64,000 nt of DNA, from NCBI GenBank assembly GCA_036172245.1, contig JAYWIR010000020.1, forward strand, positions 930,001-994,000, in the 5' to 3' direction. Positions 24,150 through 37,050 of this stretch are shown here, one piece after another (within the stretch, counting starts at the first letter, position 1; each line of letters opens with the position of its first letter). The notes under the pieces were generated by a model. It was not told the origin of the DNA. It made no database searches and saw only the letters and a list, made by a program, of their open reading frames with translations. Both the position numbers and the translations under genes were made by a program. The DNA is from Raillietiella orientalis (Eukaryota).

Positions 24150-25800
24150 CAGTCTTTTAGAGATTCCAATCCAGTATGATCTGGGATTTTGTTCCCCAAA
24201 GGGATAAAGTTTCCAAAATGAAACCAGACATAATTTTGCTTCAGAAACTCATATCATTGGACGTAATGATGAGATCTTTAAGACAACATAAGTCATGACT
24301 GAAAGGGAATGCAGCGATGGTGGGGGGTCTCCGTTGTTGCAACGAGCTGTATTTAAGACTAAGGTTTTTCAATGTCTAGTTTTTCAAAACTTCCACAGCT
24401 GAACCCTGAACAAGTCCTGAATCCCTTCTCACGTGACTCAGAATGAAGAAATCTTATGATTCTGAGAGTCATCAGGGCTGCTGAAGTGGAGTCATCGACT
24501 CTTTGAAGTAATCCAGCTCATAGGTTGAGTTTCACGGACAGAAGGCAGTAAATACTCAGCCATCCCCTTTCAAGTACTTCCAAGAGAGAGGAATCATCCA
24601 TCTGGCTAGAATTTGCTCCAGAGAAACAATCGAGAAATCGCATTCTGCTTCTAACGATCAAGAAAGCGACCCAGCCAATTTTTGTAACCAAACTGGTCGA
24701 GTTCTACTTTATGCTCATGGGTTTTCACGTCATTGGCTTCTGACTACAAAGATTAGGAAGGGGTGAGTTGGGGTACGCATGCATTCTTTTCTTTTACAGA
24801 ACCAGGGTTTGCCATGCTAGGGATCGAAGAATACGCTCGATATCTCCTCAGGACACACGTCCATACTCCTCGGGGCTAAGAAAATATTTAGTTCTTATGT
24901 TCTGAGATACCAAACAAGAGTTAATAGAAAGCGAAAAAGAGATTTTAAAGATCCATCCTTGAAATACTATCTTCTCTCATATGCTTCATCAGATGAGAAG
25001 AGACGATCCAAAATAGAGAAAAAGAGAGTGCCAGTCCGAGTGGCCATTTTCCTGGAAGTCATGAGAGGTGATTGAACGCCTACATTGATCTCGTAAGCTA
25101 TGAGGGACAATTGATCACGATGTACTTATATTTATCAAACATATCCCCAGGTTGAGAAAACAATGTATTGGCGGCCGTCGGCAGAGACACTCATGAAAAT
25201 GTCCCGGACATTTTTTTAGCTTGAGATCAGTTCCTTCTTCCGCACTTGCTATGTAGGGTTCCATTAAGCGTTTCAAACGTTACGATGTTCTTGGGATCAA
25301 TGATGCCTAATGAATCCTATCTGATTTCTCGACAGAGGATGGTTCGCTGGGACTGAACTCCTGAAAATCCTAATCAGATTGATTTCGTTCATCCATGTAC
25401 AGTTCATAAGATGAAGGTAAAAGGGTCATCTTCCATATCTTCAGTATGACCAAAGCTGGGGTGGACTGTCATTGTGTTTAAGCATAAACGCGCTGCCAAG
25501 TTACTTTTAGTATTTATTTATCTAGACCCGTTGATTTGAGATATTTCAACTCCATTTCCAGTAAGAATTCCAGATTGCTTATGATTTTCTGGATACATCC
25601 CTATACTCTTCAACAGGGAAGAATAGTTCTTGTGGATCTAACAAACTCTGGAGAGTTTGCCTGTCATCGGTAGCTGGTAGCGTTCGAGGTGGCAAGCAGA
25701 ATCTTAAGCTGAGAAAATCCAAGTAATATCATAAAATAAGGACGTTCGACTTAGAAATCCTCTGAATCCTTGGATTATTGATCCCTCGATCGTTTCGAGA
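24150..25800 (-). mobile_element. Highly decayed DIRS-like RT/RNaseH/MT remnant
   Basis: Minus strand LYMDE (~25395, cf. YLDD), SLGIID (~25300), NPGSVKEKNA (~24800), ELDQFGYKNWLGRFL (~24660-24705, cf. DLFA...N.KL.RF) and VFTAFCP (~24545, cf. YAFPP), colinear. Confidence 0.35.
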
Positions 25801-26263
25801 AGCGTGAGGAAAGATTCTGCCATGCATAAGATGGCAGCTGTATCTCCTGCCATTCGGCAGAAGAAACACGCTTATCTTAGTAGTTCAAAAGTCCATCTTC
25901 TCAAATATGCTCCTGGGAAAATGATAGCTGATCTACGCAATTTCTCACTGGACAACTCAGTGGACAGGTATCATTCCACGATCTCTCAGTGCTCTCATCT
26001 TACCTGCAATACAGTATGCTTATATGGTAATCATTTTTTATGCCCATTATTGCTTTTCCTTGTCATAATGAAACGAAATCACTGAGCTTAAGGAAGCAGC
26101 ATTGACCATTGAGGCTTCAGGTTGGAATCCAGAAACACGAGTGCTTTTCAGCTTTGAAAACACAAATGAGTTGTTTTGAAGCAAACTGCCAGAATCTCTG
26201 GATCAACAACTATTCCCTATGAAGAGTTATCAATGCGAAGACAAACTGGTTGCTGTCTCTTCA

Positions 26264-26464
26264 TTAGCATACTGTTTCTTCGCGAATCATCATTCCGTGG
26301 GCCGTCTTCATTGAGGAAATTTCTCTTGGTGCCATGAGCAGCCAAATCTTTCCTGACCATCTTGTTTCATCCACAAGGCTGAAGAAGCGAACTTTTTCAA
26401 TCTTCTCAATGAATGCTGTCCCGAGGTCACCGGGGAGAAATTTTTGTCCAAAAGTAGGTCTCAA
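26264..26464 (-). mobile_element. hAT (ZMYM1/DUF4371-like) transposase fragment
   Basis: AFIEKIEKVRFFSLVDETRWSGKIWL resembles the first catalytic Asp motif FFS+..DE+.D.S.K.QL. Confidence 0.4.
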
Positions 26465-27497
26465 TAAAACACTTTAAAGTTTGTGACGGAATGATCGCCT
26501 CAAACTCACAGTTCGAGTTCATCCTGAGGCGTTCTTTGTTCATTTCTGAAGTCATGTGCTCCTTCCAGTATCTTTGAAAAGAGCTTCTGCTTCTCTTTGC
26601 ATTAGAGAGGGACGGGCCCCTTCCCTAAACAACCTCAATCCATAGCAAGAAAAGTGCTTCCTCCTCTTTCGCCCTTCTTGTTCACCTTTTGCTATCAACG
26701 TATTCCTCTCCTGAAATATCCTGGTCGTCGAGAAGTGCAAGCTTAACTTCTTCTGTAATTGCTATTCTTCGTGAAGCTCCCTCGTTTCCAGTAAGTTTCA
26801 CTGGCACCAATTTCCTTCTTTATTACGAGCCTCATCATTCACAGGCAGTATTGCAGTCTGGAAGTTGATCTGCGACACTTTTCCTTTCGCCTCATAAAGA
26901 GGAGTCGTAGAAGTCGTCTCCAAATTTCTTGCCTGCCCGCCAGTGCCTATCCTCCACCATATGGGAAATTCTTAGACTCACGATGATTCAATATTGCAGT
27001 CCTGCAATCGGTCATCAAGACTCTCACTCATCGCTGAGTTAACGTGAGTTTTCCCTGGCAGCCATTCCTCACTCGTTTAGAGTGATCCTATTAAAGGATA
27101 AAGTGATCCTATTAACAAAGATAAAGGCACGAGAGAAAGAAGAGGATGGTCTCTCTGAAGATAGGGAGAAGAGAAAAAGGGTTCATCCTTGGGTAAGAGA
27201 CTCTCTTTCTCCTTAGTTCTAATGATTCAAGAAACGCCTTCCACAAAGTTGCTTGTCATCTGTTGATTTTTGCATTTTGCTTCTCCCTCTTCTCAAAATG
27301 AGAGTTTTGCGAGGATGTCTTGAATGGCTCGCATTCGTTTGTTGCGATGTAGCCTCATGGTTACACCAACGAATATCTCAAGTGGCGCGACGATTGTCCT
27401 CCTCCCTTGTACCCCCCCCCCCCCCCTGCCAACGTCATCACCGGCTCCTCCCCTCCCGGAGTTCCGGAACGCCCAGGAGGGACTCTCCTCTCCCTGC

Positions 27498-27740
27498 CTG
27501 ACCGTGGTCCTCGACCGCAAGTGGATCTCGCGGTACGACTTCAGCCTGAGATAGGACGAGGACGGCCGCGTGGTCGTCAGCACCGTCCACGCGCGTAACC
27601 CGGCGAACCGCGACCGCAGCCTGAGGAGTCGGTGACGTCATCCTGCAGTTGAACGAGCAGGACGTCAGCCGGAAGAGGGTGGACCTGCTGCGGAAGACCA
27701 GTGTCCATGAGAAGGCGCTCCTCCACGTCCACGGCTGTGC
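27498..27740 (+). pseudogene. Disabled PDZ-domain coding fragment
   Basis: LTVVLDRKWISRYDFSLR*DEDGRVVVSTVHARNPANRDRSL/VGDVILQLNEQDVSRKRVDLLRKT matches the PDZ pattern (PA.RDG.L.VGD.IL..N..DV). In-frame TAG at 27552-27554, one-base frameshift near 27625, strongly G/C-ending codons. Confidence 0.8.
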
Positions 27741-28559
27741 GCCAGCCGGAATTCCAGTCGTCCCCTGGGGGGAAGAGAGGGAGAAATACAAGGGCAGCAA
27801 CGGTCTTCCAACGAATATCTAGGGCTGCCAGGTTTCCAATGAGGCTTGCTACAGATTCACCCATGTAGACGTGCCACTCGAATTTTGCTCTGGCACCACG
27901 ACTCGGCGTCGGAATGTGAGGAAATTTTTTTACGCGGAGCTCAGACGGGTCCAGGGTAAAGACCACTTTCGCCTTTTGTTAATCAAAATGTAAGCATATG
28001 ACCCTTAGCAGGCATGCCTGAAGCCATGGTGTGTGCTTCAGTGGAAGAGACGGTTTTGCTGGAAACGTCTAGCCCTAAGGGAAAATCTGATGAGATGAAA
28101 AAAAAATTTGCGCGCGTTTGGAAAATTTCACCTGGTCATTGGAAGTGCGAAAGAATTGAAGCAACAAATTTTCTGCCTTTTTCCGATGACTTTTCGAGGA
28201 TTTGCCGCAATTCTGATCATTTCGGATTTATCATTGTGCACTTTCAGAGCAAATCTCGTCAGAACCTCCAGTTATTGAGGATAGATGATCTTCCAAGTGA
28301 AGCTTGTTTCCATAAGAATAAAAGAATCGATTATTCATTAATAAGCTTTGCATAATGAATCTTGGTGAGCAATCTCGGTGAAATTGGATCGGTGATACTT
28401 TGTACTCAGGACCCTTCAGGACGAATGGAAGAAGCAGCTTCAGGATTTGAAACAGCCATTTTGATTATAAGTCGGAATAAAAGTACAGAACTTAATCTTT
28501 TATATATGGCCACTAGCGACATCATGGGAAGATCGTTATTATCGTCCCAGGATGATTCT

Positions 28560-29078
28560 CAAACGGTTATGCCCGGCTACCACTCACAATGAAGAGAGGT
28601 GCGCAGGCCGACGAGGTCCACTTCGGCAGAGTAGGGGAAAGGAAAAAACAAACAAACAAGGCAGGGTAGGGGAAATTTTGCACAGGGAGAGGGGGTGGAG
28701 GAGATCGAGAAAGGGATCATGGTACTCTTCCCGGAGTCCTCTGCATACTGTTCAGGATGCTGGCAAGTTCCGTTCGTGTCTCGTCCAAGTGGGGACATCT
28801 CGAGGCTGTCCTCAGACAGATCCGCGCCCAGTGGATGGCGTCCTTGCCATTTCGGCCTCTTCCTCTGGCGTTTCAGGACGCCGCCATCCCGTAAACACAG
28901 CAGAGAGCTGCTAGGGATGCGGCCGACGGCAGAGCGGCATGGGCGAAGAGGCATTTGAAAATGCCCACGGGGCCTCCCACCAGGGTCTCTAGGATCGCTG
29001 CGAGACGATCCCAGAGGGGTCGGAGGGCAGCACAGTCCAACAGCAGGTGCGGGAGGGTCTCCCTCTTCCCGCACCTAT
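28560..29078 (-). mobile_element. L1/Tx1-like LINE 3' end (zf-RVT region + 3' UTR)
   Basis: 29021-29076 is close to 50834-50890 (ggagggcagcacagtc...gcaggtgcggga...cccgcacct). Minus strand has TGATCCCTTTC and the 3' UTR motif ctgccgaagtggacctcgtc. Confidence 0.6.
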
Positions 29079-29114
29079 AGCACTTCGTCCTAGAATAATG
29101 AAAATCCCTTTAGA

Positions 29115-29584
29115 TTCTTCTTTTTCGCTGCTTTCCTTTCAGCTTTGTTTTTTTTTTTTTTCCGGGTTTTGTTTTGGTTCGCTCAGTACCCAAAGAACCG
29201 TTCGCCTCCTTGGGAGAGGCTCACAAAGCTCTTTACCATTGTCCACGTTACCCGAGGGTAGGCATTACTCTTCAAGATAGGGAACACCTGGAAAGGGACC
29301 ACCCTATGAATCCAGGAAGGCTCCGGAGGAAGGAGTCCTTTCCTCTCTTACGCTTGGTTGTGAACCCTGAAAGGGGAACCACTTTCTTGTTCTCTCCAGG
29401 AGGAACCCCTGGAAAGGATCTGCTCCTGGTTACCTCCTTTGAAGAGAGCCCTGAAAGGACGCTTCTCAATTTCTCAGAAGAGCTCGAAACCCATGGCGCA
29501 CCCCGCATTCCGAGGGTCTCTCCTTTCCCGGGCGGGATCCCAGCCCGCGACGCTCGTTGTCGCGTTGCCGCCGACGTGTGCACT
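29115..29584 (-). mobile_element. tRNA-headed SINE-like element, copy 3 (internally deleted)
   Basis: Head remnant cccgcgacgctcgttgtcgcgttgccgcc matches copy 4 (45691-45719). Hairpin array 29285-29480 with cctgaaagg loops. Tail ggttcgctcagtac..aagaacc next to a T run on the plus strand. Confidence 0.75.
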
Positions 29585-30049
29585 TATTCTTCGTAAGCTC
29601 CTTCGGTGATCAGTCCTTCAGATGACCCTTTAGTGAGCTTAAATTAAAGCAACCTTCCTCCTGAATAAATACATGTGAGTGTGTGTGCATATGTCTAGAA
29701 TCCACATCGCTTTGTGTTCACATTTCACTCTCATAGAAGATCAGATTCCGTTAAACGTGACTGTTCTCCAGATCTCGGTGCAAACCGATGTATACCCAAA
29801 AAGTCCATAGGAAAAGAGAGCCCTACTTACTTACGTCTGCGAGATTCATAAACTGAAAGGCGGACACGTGTTCCAAACCATTCCAGCGGCGACCCTTGAG
29901 GAAACACCTATGAAGATCTCATCCCGATAACCAATTTGTCGAACGATTTCTCACGTCATTAAGCAACATTCAAATTGTCCGAATTGAGTGTTTTCAATCG
30001 CTCAATCCTCCATCCGAGGCATCGTTTTTTATGCCTCCTTCACGTTTGT

Positions 30050-30578
30050 TGATCTTTCAGCCTGAAAAAAATTCCCGCTCGCTTCACACAGCGCTTCGCT
30101 GTGGCCTTCCCACTCCCGATGGGCAACGGCAGAGAGGAGTTTCGCGGTGCCTCTTCGTGCACGACTCGACGTCGCCTGCAGCTTCCCTTGCTGCCTTGTG
30201 ATGCTTTCGTTCGATCGAGAAGCCGCGCCGAAAGAGTAGAACGGTGAGGTCATCCCAATTGTCCGCTCCTTCGCGAGAAAGACGACACGATGGCCACATC
30301 TCTGCCAACAAAAGGAGAAGTCTCCAAGATCCTCCAGAGGATGCTGAGGACGCCAGGAAGAAATCTGTGATCCCTTCCCTTTATCCCTCCCCCACCCCTC
30401 CTGTGCGGATCTCATCGGGGAGCTGCTCTCGAGAAGCAGAGCCTCCGAGGCGTTTCCCTTCTACGTGGTGCTGTGAAGCCACTACGAAGAAAGACATTTT
30501 ATATTTTATGTGGCTGTTTTTTTTTGTAAATATTTTTTTTATAATAAACGCCCCGGCGTGACTCGGTAAAATAAAAAA
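30050..30578 (+). mobile_element. L1/Tx1-like LINE 3' end with A-rich tail
   Basis: gaggacgcc...TGATCCCTTCCC at ~30345-30380 as in the 50.5 kb copy. Ends ATAATAAACGCCCCGGCGTGACTCGGT followed by aaaataaaaaa. Confidence 0.65.
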
Positions 30579-31669
30579 TTCACACCAGCAGTCTTTAAGT
30601 CAAAACGAATGATAGAAGAGTGTCTATCGCGCTTATCATGGCGCACATGTTTGTGTGCACTACTGAAGCATTGCTGAAACTCTAGTTGCAGAGATACTGC
30701 TTTCTACAACTGGACTGAGACGAATCCAGAAGAGTAACCAAATATGCTCCTTCAATTCTAACGATTTTCAGTGCAGGAAAATCATCACCAAGCTTTTGGA
30801 AAATTTTTTTTTGCATGGTGGAATGGTGGAATATGGGAGCAAGTCCGAGCTGCTCTGAGAGTCTTACGAAGGCCAATGCATTTTCCATGTAGGCCTCTTA
30901 GTAGAGGAGAGAAACGAATTTAGGATCGTCTGGAAGGGATTTCGTTCCTCTGTGAAGAAGACTACGAATATCTGCTCCAAAAAGCATTGCACGCTTTATT
31001 CTTTTTCAGAGCGTCGAAACTCCAGCCCTGTCGCTATCTTTTCAGCCTCTATGTGTGGTACACATGCTTGCTGGAGGATTTTCAAGAGCGACGTCCATCC
31101 CTGCCAGACTTTCCTCTGGAGTCATCGTCATTATCATGCCTCTTTGCTGTAAGTAAGCTCATGCTCATTGATTTTTGTTCTGCCAAAGGAAAATCATTTT
31201 TTCCTTCCATGAGTTCACACGTCAAATGTTTGTAGTTGGTCTTTTCTTCCAATGAATGAAAAGAATAGAGGTAAGGACGTAACTGTACTTTTCTCATGTA
31301 GCAGGTCTTTCCACGCACCATCAGCTTTATTTAGCATTCGAGGTCTTATCTTCTTGTGAATTTCCTGTGACCAAATGCGTGAATAATTTAGTGAAATGCG
31401 TATAAGCGATAAATTCTAAAGAAATGTGAAGGGTAAAGGGATAGTAAGATACAGGAACAGTATCTTGAAAGCGTTCAGTATCTTGAATAGAATGAGAATA
31501 TGAAAGATACACGACATAAGAAATGTATGATATATTTAATACGTTCTAATGATCTATATGACTCGTTATAACTCATGAATCCCTTAAAGGTACCTTAGAT
31601 TTTACAACGAAATCCAAGTCTGTTCGCTCTAATGGTTCCATAATTTCATAAATGAACGTTATTATCCTT

Positions 31670-32760
31670 CAAAAGATAGATACTCTGCACATCAATTTTT
31701 GCAACAATATCAGGGGAAGCAGCACAAGAGCATCATCACTTAATGGACCATGTTTGAAAGAAAATATTGTATGCATTACTATAAGCTGTGCCATCTTTAT
31801 GTACGAATCCAGACATGAAGATGGCTGAACATATGGGTTATTTGGTCCTAAACTTTTCACCCATGAAGAATCCTGCATTTTAGACTTTCCAGAAAGGAAG
31901 TTTGCAAGGCTCGTCCGTTGTTTTCAGCACAATACTTGCTAGAGGCACAACATTGTGGCATACTGTATCTGTGGTAACCACGTTTCGAGACACGACGACC
32001 TGCCGTGGTCATCTCCTAGACACCTGACTTCAGATGCAGTGCATTCTGAGATTCGATTTCAAAACAATAAACACGGTTCCTCTGCGAAAATTTGCTTGCA
32101 TCTTCCCACGGAGAAGATCCTCGATGTTGTACGGTGCAAAGGTAGCTTAACGGAAAACAAAAACAAAACCTCTTCTCATGTATATCGGCGTGAGAAAGGC
32201 TTTGAAATTGGTGTGTAACAAAAATATGCACCTGAAACAGCGGAAGCAGAAATGGACACACCAACACGGGCACTCTGTTGTGCATGGGAGATTCTGAGGA
32301 CTCAACTTGCCCTTGAAGTCCAGACAGGAGGTTCTCACTCAGAACAGGAAGAAAAACAGGGAGAGTATCGTGCTTTCAAGCAGCTTCATTGCAGCCTTCA
32401 AGTAGCCTTCCGATCATAGCCGATGAAGAGAAACTGTCCTTCCACGAAAGAGAATGAAAAATCATGAAGAAGTTTCACATTTCGTTGAGGTTGCAGGTTT
32501 GCAATGCGGGCCAGATATTTACGACCCAGGAAGAAATGTGTACAGGAAGACAGTGGGAAACCAAGAATCGAAATCTCTTTTGTCCTTTCAATTCATGTAA
32601 CTGTTCTTTCGAGATTCCATAACTCGATGTTTGGCGTTTTACATGTTGGGCAGTTCCCTGTTTCCCAGGAATCGAAGAATGCATCAGAAAATTTTCAGCT
32701 TCTAGATGTCTTTCAGTCATCATTTGATCTCAAAGGCAGAGTCCTGATATCCAATTTCGG
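31670..32760 (-). mobile_element. piggyBac (PGBD-like) transposase remnant
   Basis: Minus strand, in order: MMTERHLEAENFLMH (cf. M.R.RF....LHF), CLDFKGKLS (cf. M+.FKGR), CHNVVPLAS (cf. W.DN..V.LAS), YVQPSSCLDSYIKM (cf. QP.++..YN..MGGVD). Confidence 0.5.
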
Positions 32761-33219
32761 AAAGCCTATATTTCTTTCTATTGAGGTCTAAGCTGAGAGC
32801 TTCTTCCAAGCTTTGCATTCTTTCATCAGTTAGCCACCTCTCCCTAAGGATGAGAGAAACGGTAGCATCATCTTGTGATCTCTCATTCGCAAATCATCAC
32901 CCAGGACTGGTTCATTCGAAATCGAAAGCACATTCTAGAAATAGGCACATCACCAGGCAAATCTGTTTTTTTTTTTTTTTTACTAGAGATCTCTCGTAAA
33001 GCTTCTGATAGGTACAGAAATAAACTTCACCACAAGAACGTCGGTGCCTTTTCTCTGCGATAGCGATGAACTCCTAACGAGTCGGACTGTAAATACTTCT
33101 AAAGAAAACCACAACTGGTGAATAAATGACTGGGAGAGACTCTTTCGGACTGGAAAACGAATTAACACACTTGCAGAAAGTGCCTGAGACTTCATGGTCA
33201 TTCGGTGAACCAAAATGAA

Positions 33220-34100
33220 CTTCCAGAATCTCCCAGAGTGATCTGGGATGGAACTAGATGAGGAGTCTCTCAGGTACAGGACTCATCTTACCAGAATTCG
33301 GATTGATGTGCCGGGAAAGAGAAATTCAGGGATTTGTGACCTCTGGTGTTCTCACAAGAGAGCAAGAAATCTGAGCTCTTGCTAGAAAAGACTGAGGCAC
33401 ATCCTGAGGACTAGGTGGACTTTTTTCTGTGCCTATCATGAAGGAATCTTGCGTCTCGGTGTGAAAAAGTCTAAACTGCCATCCTCTCTCTCTAGAATGG
33501 CCACTGCTCCTCTTTCACCCGGTAGGGAACCACTGCTCTTCCTGCAGCCCTGATTCAAAACTGCTTGCCTTAGAAAACAAGGAGGGATCAGTCCCCAAAA
33601 TCGTGATCGTGTGGCGGGAGGATGACTCTCACAGAAGAGTTGGAATCGAAACTTACTGGGCCCAACTTGAATGGCAGGAAAGCTCGGATGTTTGTGTTTA
33701 TAGACGGAGAACATGGCAACCAGAGAAATAGAATGAAGGGACAGAAAGCTTAGAGCCATATCCTCGTGGCACACAGAGATTTCCACCGTAGCTTTCCAGA
33801 ACCGCGATCAAAGGAAGTTTCTTCTTTGAAGGAAACAAGGGGGTCTAGGAATGAACAAAAAAGAGAGAAATCGGCAACTCCTCTTCAGTGATGCTTAGGG
33901 ATGGATGTGATCTAAGCTGATACTTCCAGGCGGATGCCCAGTCCTGCTACGCAGAGCACCGGGAAAGCACCGTCCCCATCTATTATCGATATACATCCCA
34001 GGATGCTCCTCGCAGGTGATCTAACAAAGAGAGACCAGAAAGTATGGAATTCCTGAGGTCATTTTGGATCCGGAAATCGCCCGACATGGGTTGAAGCGCA
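33220..34100 (+). mobile_element. Very decayed L1-like RT remnant
   Basis: LPSSLSRMATAPL (~33480, cf. LP.S.R.A.+.L+.K), DFH.AF-like (~33780) and QG.CP.SP-like ccaggcggatgcccagtcct (~33926). Confidence 0.3.
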
Positions 34101-36299
34101 GGCACGTTACGAGTTTTAGGATGCTCATCACGAAAGCTGATTGGATGCTCTTTGGATAGGAGAAAGGGGGACAAGAGGAAAAGGAAAGAAAATGGAAGAC
34201 AGAAAGATGAAGAAGAAACCAGGAAAGAAAGAAGGGGTTGAAGTAAAAAGGGAAGGCAGTCTCCGAATTATCTCACACCGAAATGGCTTTAGTGAATTCG
34301 AAAAAAGTGACAGATTTTGTTCTGGAAGTCAGCTTTCAGGAAGTGAAATAGTCTTCTCATCCTTCGTGGAAGAGATAGCTGTTCTTCAACTGTCGTAGGA
34401 ATAAGCCAGCAGTGACCCAAATGGCTACGACGCTTGTAACCTTTGTCGTTCTCTTTGCAGACTCGTAGCAATCGTTCCATTGATGCTGGGCTGCGGCCGC
34501 ACATCCGAACTGAGCAGTAAACTATCTTCCACTAGTTGCATGTACTTGTACATGATCTATGCAATCCCAAGGTTGGTCACAAAAAACAACCTATCTATTT
34601 TTACAAAACGTCACCTTAGGAGTCTGCAGTGTCCGTCTCTGCGGTGGATTTGGTGTCCAAGACGTATATCAACCAACTGCCTGACTCTTCTGTGTCATAA
34701 ACTAAAGCGTTCTCGATTCTGTTTGGTTTGCCTCACTATAATAAAGATTTGTCATTCGTACCCGAACTATGCATTCTATTGGTTAATCGGTGCACATTGC
34801 TTTTGGACGGCTGGCTTTCTCATTTGATTCCTCCTGTGGATGATTGCAAGGGCTCCATAGGAAGCGAGGACGAAACGCAGATCTCTGCTTTGCAGCTGAA
34901 AAACGGAGACAAGAGAACACAACGTTTGATTTGCAGGCAATCCGAGGAGGTCGCCCGTTTCCTTCTCAAGGAATTTTGATGGAAAAAGCCCTTGGCTCGG
35001 CTTCGTGCGACTACTTCCCGGATCAATTCTCCAGTCAAAGACGGAATTTTTCACTCAGGAGGTCTCTGTGATCCCTGTGATCAATCACGGTGGGTACAGC
35101 GTGAACACACCATTATTCCGTGATCTTTAGAGCCATCTCTGTTCGTTCACGTTCGTGTAACAAAACAGTTCCATTGAATTACACTGCACAAGATATGGAA
35201 ACTCTGGTATTAACCCCAGGACTGCAAACTGCAAACAGGCTCTAGATCACTGACGGTGTGGAAAAGCTTTCAAGATTAATGGTGTTCGCTGCCGTGAACC
35301 GAAGGCGTATTCGGATGCTTTTGCAATGTTAATTTACCCTAATGTGTCGAGGTACTTCCTTCCCAGAAACTCTGATCGTTGGCTAAGATATTTAAACTGA
35401 TGGTTCCATTTGCATTTTCTAAAAATAAATTTTTTGAATTTTGCCGATGCTACACGGTCGCGAACCGGCGCTACCAAGTTATCTCTTCATCCAGCATGAG
35501 AATGAATGGTGGCGGCTGAATAGCGAGTCATTTTAAAAAAGGAGCCAAGGGTACAGAAGAGGAGAGAAAAAAAAAAAAAAAAAACCGAGAGGTTCTTGTT
35601 TGTTTAAGGATATTTTGTTCAAGAATGTGAGTTATAGGACTAATGCTCATTTTTCACTCGGATGAATTAATGAATGCTGCTCCAAACAGAATCTGTTTGA
35701 AGGTTATTAATGAACTCTTTCGCGATCCAATAGATAGCAAACTCAGGCAAACTCAAACAGGGTTTTTAAATAACCAAACATTTTTGCGATGCAGAAGGGC
35801 AATCATTTAGTCAGGCGAGGGCAAAGCACATGTGCTCACTGCATCTGTTCATCGTGCGCATATTTCAAACAATTTTGAAAAATGCACACTTTTAGCCCTT
35901 CTGAAGAACAGACAAAAAAACGAAATCGCTACAACCAGAGCGATTACGTGCCGCGGATTCCCCTTGGAAAGTGCAGATGACAGGAAGCTAGTTTTTATAG
36001 ACTCCAGAATTCCCTTTGCCCCACTCGGTTTTTCCTGCTTTCGAGACACGAAGCACGCGGGACCAAATAGAAGTGCAAATCAGAAGCAGAGTTCTTTTGG
36101 GTTAATGCAAGAGGAAACGTAGAGTGAAAAGTCTTTCAGGGGTCTCCGGTTTGGAATGCTGTTTGATGAAGTTTCCGAAAGTTCTTGAAGGTGGGCAACT
36201 AGTTGGTAGACTAGAGTACATATAGGTGCAGGAGCCACGGAGCTATTTGTGTTAGAAACTGGACGTTTCTTCGTGATCCACCTTCACCAGTGCCGAATC

Positions 36300-37050
36300 T
36301 TTGATTCGTGATCTGCGACCATCCTTTCGTGATCTTTATTTCTTCGAAAGCGCTTTAAAATATCGGTGACTAATAATTCAACTATCTGCTATTTCCTTAT
36401 ATATCTCCTATTTCCTATCTCCACCTGCAGGAAACTTAAGGAGAGTACTTGTCCGATCAAAGTTCAATAGTTGCACTTCCCGTGAAGAATTAGTCTGCCT
36501 GAATATTGCACACCTTTGTCCATACCATGTGTGGTTTTTAGCTGCAAAAGCAGATCTCAAGAGTGGAGGATATTTTGGGCACACAGAAGAAAGTGGTACA
36601 ACACAGGAGGTCATCTCTTCACATGAGCGCATCAGCATCATATGAAAGAGCCATCTCTTCCGATGATGATTGAAGGTGGAGTATCCTCCTAAGCAAAACT
36701 CAACCACAATAACTACAAACATGTAAGATAAATTCGCTCTCTCCAGAGATGGCACGTTGTGGATCTCTAGCGAATGAAATTGCGTTTCGCAAACAGATTT
36801 TCCCTCCGCAGATTCTCAGGAAGAATGGACTTCTCAGCAAACATGCTTTTTTCTTTGTGTTTTTCTGTTTCAGGAGTTCCTTGTGACCCGGAACTGTCGA
36901 CGTTCGCTCATCACCTGCGCACGCTTCTTTCCTGCATTGCACGCCTGCTTGTATATCTTTCGCAGCAGACCAGGGATAAAAAAACGAACAATTCCATGAA
37001 CGTAGATCCGCAGTTGCCAAGGCATCCAGGAGAGCTTTGACTTTTGCATT
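36300..37050 (-). mobile_element. Ty3/Gypsy-type integrase remnant (zinc-binding + rve)
   Basis: FFYPWSAAKDIQAGVQCRKEAC (cf. FYWP...D+...V..C..C), NLSYMFVVIVVEF and MDKGVQYS (~36510, cf. SD.G.QF.S). Confidence 0.5.

Noticed and set aside
28085..28110. CTGATGAG hammerhead core (also at ~58256 and ~60653)
   Set aside because: No stem II closing onto GAAA, and no stems I or III.
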